Assembly (NCBI GenBank): GCA_963665275.2
Contig: CAXXIN010000001.1
Coordinates: forward strand, 96,001-160,000
DNA from: Negativicutes bacterium
Lineage (GTDB): Bacteria; Bacillota; Negativicutes; UBA1444
Length of the DNA stretch: 64,000 nt
Direction of reading: 5' to 3'
Position 1 is the first letter of the stretch. Every line of letters begins with the position of its first letter. Below the pieces are notes generated by a model, which was given only the letters and a program-made list of their open reading frames with translations, made no database searches and was not told the origin of the DNA. Both the position numbers and the translations under genes were made by a program. Positions 59,521 through 64,000 of this stretch are shown piece by piece.

Positions 59521-59555
59521 ACAGAAATGAATCCGCTTCAAGGGTTCATTTCTGT
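59521..59555 (+). terminator. Hairpin after fixB
   Basis: ACAGAAATGAATCC / GGGTTCATTTCTGT. Confidence 0.55.
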
Positions 59556-59626
59556 ATGTGGTTTGTGAAAAACATCACTTGCTTTCGCTGCTGGTCTGAA
59601 ACTACAAGAAGAAGGAGTATTTGCCG

Positions 59627-60817
59627 ATGCAAAGGATATTTGAGGGGCTACGGATTGTCGATTTTACCACAAATGTCGCAGGGCCTTTTACAACTGCCTT
59701 TCTGGCTGATTTTGGCGCCGAAGTGATCAAGATCGAAAAACCAAAAGTCGGAGATGACACGAGATTTTTTGCGCCACAGCTTGATGGCGTTGGCACGGCG
59801 TTTTGCTGGAATAACCGGGGAAAAAAATCCCTTGTGCTTGATATGGCTGATCCCGAGGCGATCGAGATCGTAGGGAAGCTGATTCCTACGGCGGATATCG
59901 TGATTGAAAGTTTTAAACCAGGCACAATGAAGAAATTTGGGCTGGATTATGAAGCCCTAAAAAAAATCAATCCGAAGGTCATTTTTTGCTCGGTATCCGG
60001 GTTCGGGCAGAATGGCCCCTACAGCAACAAACCGGGCTATGACATGATCGCGCAGGCACTGAGCGGCGCCATGGATATGACGGGAGAATTGTCAGGACCA
60101 CCGATGCGCATGGGTCTGGCTGTTGCCGATTATAATGCGGGAATTCATGCTCTGGCAGGAATCAGCGCGGCATTGTATCATCGTGAACGAACAGGGCAGG
60201 GCCAACTGATTGATATTTCCCTGCTGGACTGCCTGGTGGGCATCAACGGTATGATCGAAATCGCGGGTGTAGGCAAAAATCCGACCCGTTCAGGCAATCA
60301 TCATGGTTCGCTGGCGCCATTCGGCGTATACGAAGGATCGGGAGGAGCACTCATCATTTGCGCACCGGCCCAAGGACCTTGGAAATCGTTATGTGTATTG
60401 ATGGGGCGGCCAGAGTTTTTGGAAGACCCCTTGTTTGCCAACACCGGTGCAAGGGCGAAAAACATCATTCCTCTGATTACTGCGATCGAGGGTTGGCTGA
60501 AAACATTCCCGAACGTTGATGAACCTTGGAAATTGATGGATGAAGCCGGTATACCCAGTGCCAAGGTGAATAACACCAATCAGGCGCTGGAAAATCCCCA
60601 GTTGATTGCCAGGGAAATGATTATCGACTTAGCGACGCCTGATGGAGTGTCTCAAGAAACTATCAAGGCAAGAGGGAATCCTTTGAAGTTTTCAGCCGAT
60701 AAGGCAACACCGAGTAAAGCGCCTGCGCTGGGCCAGCACGAAGCGGAAATTCTGTCGTCGATCGGCTATGATGACGCAGATGTCCGGCGAGTGAAAGCAA
60801 AGTGGAGCATCGGTTAA
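59627..60817 (+). CDS. Family III CoA-transferase (paralog 2)
   Basis: GLRIVDFT..AGP, NRGKKS, AVADY; colinear with 50075-51265. Confidence 0.92.
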   Translation: MQRIFEGLRIVDFTTNVAGPFTTAFLADFGAEVIKIEKPKVGDDTRFFAPQLDGVGTAFCWNNRGKKSLVLDMADPEAIEIVGKLIPTADIVIESFKPGTMKKFGLDYEALKKINPKVIFCSVSGFGQNGPYSNKPGYDMIAQALSGAMDMTGELSGPPMRMGLAVADYNAGIHALAGISAALYHRERTGQGQLIDISLLDCLVGINGMIEIAGVGKNPTRSGNHHGSLAPFGVYEGSGGALIICAPAQGPWKSLCVLMGRPEFLEDPLFANTGARAKNIIPLITAIEGWLKTFPNVDEPWKLMDEAGIPSAKVNNTNQALENPQLIAREMIIDLATPDGVSQETIKARGNPLKFSADKATPSKAPALGQHEAEILSSIGYDDADVRRVKAKWSIG

Positions 60818-60854
60818 GGGGGTGAAAGAGAAACAATAGTTAGGAGGTTATGAT

Positions 60855-62270
60855 GTGGCTGATAGCAAGACAAACTGGGTGAAAATAATCGGTGCGGTCA
60901 TCGGGATTATCGCGGGTGTAGCCATTGCCAATGCCCCGGTGCCGGAGGGACTGACCGTAAAGGCCATGTGGGGAATGGGTATTTTCGCATGGGCCGTGAT
61001 CTGGTGGATGGTGGATGTAGTGTCGGACTATGCCACAACGTTGATGATGCTTGCTACCTATGCCGGTTTGAATGTGGTTCCGTTCACAACGGCGTTCGCT
61101 TCATTTAACGGCCCTACCGTTTGGCTGATTGTCGCTGCGCTCGCTTATGGGGCAGCTGCCGCCAAAAGCGGGCTGCTTAAGCGGGTCGCCCTTATGGCGA
61201 TGAGTAAGTTTCCGATTACTTTCAAAGGGCAATCATTAGCTTTATTCGCAGCTGGGTTGGTCATCACGCCCCTGATTCCGACCGCTACCGCCAAAGTGGC
61301 TGTTATCGCTCCGTTTGCCCAAGCGATTTGCGATAACATGGGATATGAAAAAAAGAGTCCGGGAGCAGTGGGCCTCTTTTTGGCAATGTTTGTGTCGTTG
61401 GTTCCTTCATACTCGCTGTTTCTCAGTGCTAATTTCATGTGTTATGCCGTACTCGGCTTCCTGCCGAAAGACGTACAGGCGCAAATGACTTGGACGAATT
61501 GGCTGATCAACGCTCTCCCATGGGGGTTGACGATGTTGATTTTGAGCTATCTAGCGATCATTTATCTCTATCGTCCGCCCCAAACGAACAAGGTCAATCC
61601 TGCTTTCATCAGCGAACAGCTTGCCGCCCTCGGATCTATGACACGCAATGAAAAATTGGTGGCAGTTGTGTTGGGCATATCGCTTATTCTTTGGATGACG
61701 GAAAAAGTGCACGGGGTCAGTTCAACCATGGTCGCACTTGTCGGCACGTTTATCATGCTGATGTTTAATGTGCTGGACCGGGCGTCATTCCGATCGGCAA
61801 TTCCCTGGGATGCCGTCATTTTTCTGGGTGGCTTGTTCAATGTCCCTGTTATTTTCGGCGCATTAAAGATAAATGCGTGGATTAGCAAGGTTTTTGGACC
61901 TTATATCGCACCGCTGGCCTCCGGCAACATTTTTGTGTTTATTATTGCCTTGTGCCTCCTGGTATTTGTCGTACGGATTTTTCTGGTATCGCAAACTGCA
62001 GTTATCGCCATTCTGGTCATTCTGTTGACACCTTTTGTCACTCAGGCGGGCATCAGTCCATGGATACCGGCATTTATCATATTTGTTGCCGGGAACACAT
62101 GGTGCGTGCCCTATCAAAACGCAGGATTCCTGGTTTCCTATTATGCAACCGGCGGTGATATGGTCACGCACGGGCAGACATTAAAACTTGCTTTTGTCTA
62201 TATGGTTACCACGGTTATTGGATTGTTGTTGAGTGTACCGGTATGGAAAATGACTGGCTTGATTCAGTAA
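60855..62270 (+). CDS. DASS/SLC13-family transporter (paralog 2)
   Basis: Colinear with 51347-52765 (IPTATAK, TWTNWLINALPWG). Confidence 0.85.
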   Translation: MADSKTNWVKIIGAVIGIIAGVAIANAPVPEGLTVKAMWGMGIFAWAVIWWMVDVVSDYATTLMMLATYAGLNVVPFTTAFASFNGPTVWLIVAALAYGAAAAKSGLLKRVALMAMSKFPITFKGQSLALFAAGLVITPLIPTATAKVAVIAPFAQAICDNMGYEKKSPGAVGLFLAMFVSLVPSYSLFLSANFMCYAVLGFLPKDVQAQMTWTNWLINALPWGLTMLILSYLAIIYLYRPPQTNKVNPAFISEQLAALGSMTRNEKLVAVVLGISLILWMTEKVHGVSSTMVALVGTFIMLMFNVLDRASFRSAIPWDAVIFLGGLFNVPVIFGALKINAWISKVFGPYIAPLASGNIFVFIIALCLLVFVVRIFLVSQTAVIAILVILLTPFVTQAGISPWIPAFIIFVAGNTWCVPYQNAGFLVSYYATGGDMVTHGQTLKLAFVYMVTTVIGLLLSVPVWKMTGLIQ

Positions 62271-62307
62271 GTTTCGATCAGGAAACAAGAAGCAGAGGAA
62301 GAAGGGT

Positions 62308-63747
62308 ATGAATATGGCCGCTTCGATGATGGGTATCTATTTGGTTGGGACCACATTGTTGGGAATGTATGCCGTCACCCGGAGTAAACATGTGCAGGAT
62401 TTTCTGGTTGCAAGACGCAATCTGAGCACAACGATGGTTATGGCGCTGCTGTTCGGAGAAATGATTTCCGGCGCCGCCACCGTGGGAAAAGCCACCGAAG
62501 CTTTTCATGTGGGACTGTCTGCCGTATGGATCAACTGGGGCATGGTTCTCGGTTGCTGGCTGTTCGTTCTGTTGGGAATCGGCAAGTTTTTCCGGGCTTT
62601 CGGTGTCCAGCGCGGCATCATGTCGGTTCCCGAAGCCTACAAGTTCTTGTTTGACCGCCGGACATCGCTCGCGATGATGGTAGTACTGGTCGTAGTGTAT
62701 TCCATCATCTTTGCCCTGCAGCCGCTGGCCATGGCTGGAATTTTGGGGCCGATGTTTGGCGTGGAAAAAACCACCATGGCGGTGATTTCCGGCGGAATGC
62801 TGATAGCAGTCGCCATAACCGGCGGATTGACCGGGATGGCCTGGATGAATTGCGTCCATGCCACAGTAATGATCGGTAGCCTGCTGGTGGTCACAGGCAC
62901 CGCCATCAGCCATGCCGGCGGCTGGAATGTAATGGTGGACACGCTGCCATCCAGCTTTTTTAGCCTGGTGCAACCAGACTTCCCGACAGTGTTGGCGTGG
63001 GCGTTCGGCACCGGAATCTCGTTTTTGTGTGCAGCCAGTACAGCCGGCGTGGCTTTCGCTGCCAAAGATGACAGGACGTCTAATAGGGGAATTTTTCTGG
63101 CGGGCCTACTGATTTTCGGCTATGCGGTGTTACCGGCGATTATTGGAATGGCGGCAAAAGTTGCTTTTCCGACAATGTCGCCAGGTATCGCCCTGTTTGG
63201 CATGGCAAGTTCAATGTCGCCCCTGATGGGGGGGCTGGCAAGCATGGCGGTGATCGCGGCGATTTTTTCTACGGGACCGGCGGTGCTGCTAATCGTGGCG
63301 ACAACTCTGGCCCGGGACTTTTACAAGGGAATTTGGCGTCCGGCGGCGACGGATCGTGAACAACTGGTCTTTTCCCGCGTCATGGTGGGGATAGTCGGAG
63401 TAATGGGGATCTATTTCGGCCTACAGGCGACATCCATTCTGCATACGGCGCTGGGGGCATTTCAGATCCGTGCCTTTGCCGGAATCGTGCTGCTAACGGC
63501 GTTATACTGGCCCAGAGTAACCAAAGATGCGGCATTCTGGTCGCTGTGCATTGGCGGATTGCTGGCGGCGATCTGGCATTTTGCGAACAACCCGTTCGGG
63601 GTGCAGCCATTGTGGCCGTCCATGGGAGTGGGGATGGCGATTCTGGTTGGCATGACATTGCTCAGCAAAGAACCGATTTCGCCGGGCTATAGGCGCTACC
63701 AGGAAGTTTTGGTCGAGTATGAAGAGCACGTTCAGAGCCAAAAATAA
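62308..63747 (+). CDS. Sodium:solute symporter (SSS) family protein
   Basis: DFLVARR.L, GLSAVW, TGGL.G.AW, AAIFST; about 13 TM segments. Confidence 0.9.
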   Translation: MNMAASMMGIYLVGTTLLGMYAVTRSKHVQDFLVARRNLSTTMVMALLFGEMISGAATVGKATEAFHVGLSAVWINWGMVLGCWLFVLLGIGKFFRAFGVQRGIMSVPEAYKFLFDRRTSLAMMVVLVVVYSIIFALQPLAMAGILGPMFGVEKTTMAVISGGMLIAVAITGGLTGMAWMNCVHATVMIGSLLVVTGTAISHAGGWNVMVDTLPSSFFSLVQPDFPTVLAWAFGTGISFLCAASTAGVAFAAKDDRTSNRGIFLAGLLIFGYAVLPAIIGMAAKVAFPTMSPGIALFGMASSMSPLMGGLASMAVIAAIFSTGPAVLLIVATTLARDFYKGIWRPAATDREQLVFSRVMVGIVGVMGIYFGLQATSILHTALGAFQIRAFAGIVLLTALYWPRVTKDAAFWSLCIGGLLAAIWHFANNPFGVQPLWPSMGVGMAILVGMTLLSKEPISPGYRRYQEVLVEYEEHVQSQK

Positions 63748-63765
63748 GAGGAGGGCGTCAAAAGA

Positions 63766-64000
63766 GTGAATTATCGTTCAAGTGAAGGGGAGCCTGCTGG
63801 ACAATTAACCGAAGCAGAAAACAAACAAATATTGAACCAGTATCTCCGGGTGTTGCCGATGCTGGGGGAACTGCTGGATATTTGCTTCTTGTTGATGGAT
63901 CGGGGAAAATACTTGTTTACACAGTCTAGTTCAACCTATACTGTGACTTCTGCCAAAGCCGGCGATCCATTTCTTGCGACCGGTTCAGCAGCCAAAGCGA
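63766..64000 (+). CDS. N-terminus of a probable soluble sensor (YfmS-like chemoreceptor or regulator), truncated by the window edge
   Basis: GTG at 63766 after GAGGAGG; open to the end (MNYRSSEG...LMDRGKYLF...KAGDPF..GSAAKA). Confidence 0.55.
   Translation, partial: MNYRSSEGEPAGQLTEAENKQILNQYLRVLPMLGELLDICFLLMDRGKYLFTQSSSTYTVTSAKAGDPFLATGSAAKA

Overview
Chromosomal window from a diderm Firmicute. It is probably Negativicutes/Sporomusaceae-like, since it combines a Bacillus-type core gene order with an outer-membrane FadL protein (inference). It has five blocks. (1) 1-4.5 kb: IclR-regulated family III CoA-transferase, HMG-CoA-lyase-family enzyme and DASS transporter. (2) 4.5-14.9 kb: a short multi-hairpin element, then the conserved core cluster yaaO-tmk-yaaR-holB-yaaT(ricT)-yabB-rsmI-abrB-metG-tatD-yabE. 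(3) ~14.9-34.2 kb: an accessory block between yabE and rnmV. It encodes a secreted Ser-type arylsulfatase, its radical-SAM maturase, FadL, DUF2092, YSC84/SYLF, an RGG/NRD-repeat protein, a sensor kinase followed by a decayed receiver remnant, DUF2254 and a GH63+GH13 pair. Three of its operons share a sigma54 -24/-12 promoter preceded ~160 bp upstream by the same palindrome of 13-bp repeats, yet the block has no activator gene. (4) 34.2-39.4 kb: methyltransferase-rnmV-rsmA (frameshifted)-CAP, then a MarR/flavin oxidoreductase/QueG-like module. (5) 39.5-64 kb: a large acyl-CoA catabolic cluster with a PrpR-like sigma54 activator, three more CoA-transferases, beta-oxidation enzymes, acyl-CoA dehydrogenase-FixCXAB, several transporters and chemoreceptors. 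No rRNA, tRNA, CRISPR array, integrase or transposase was seen. All family assignments are by motif recognition, not database search.
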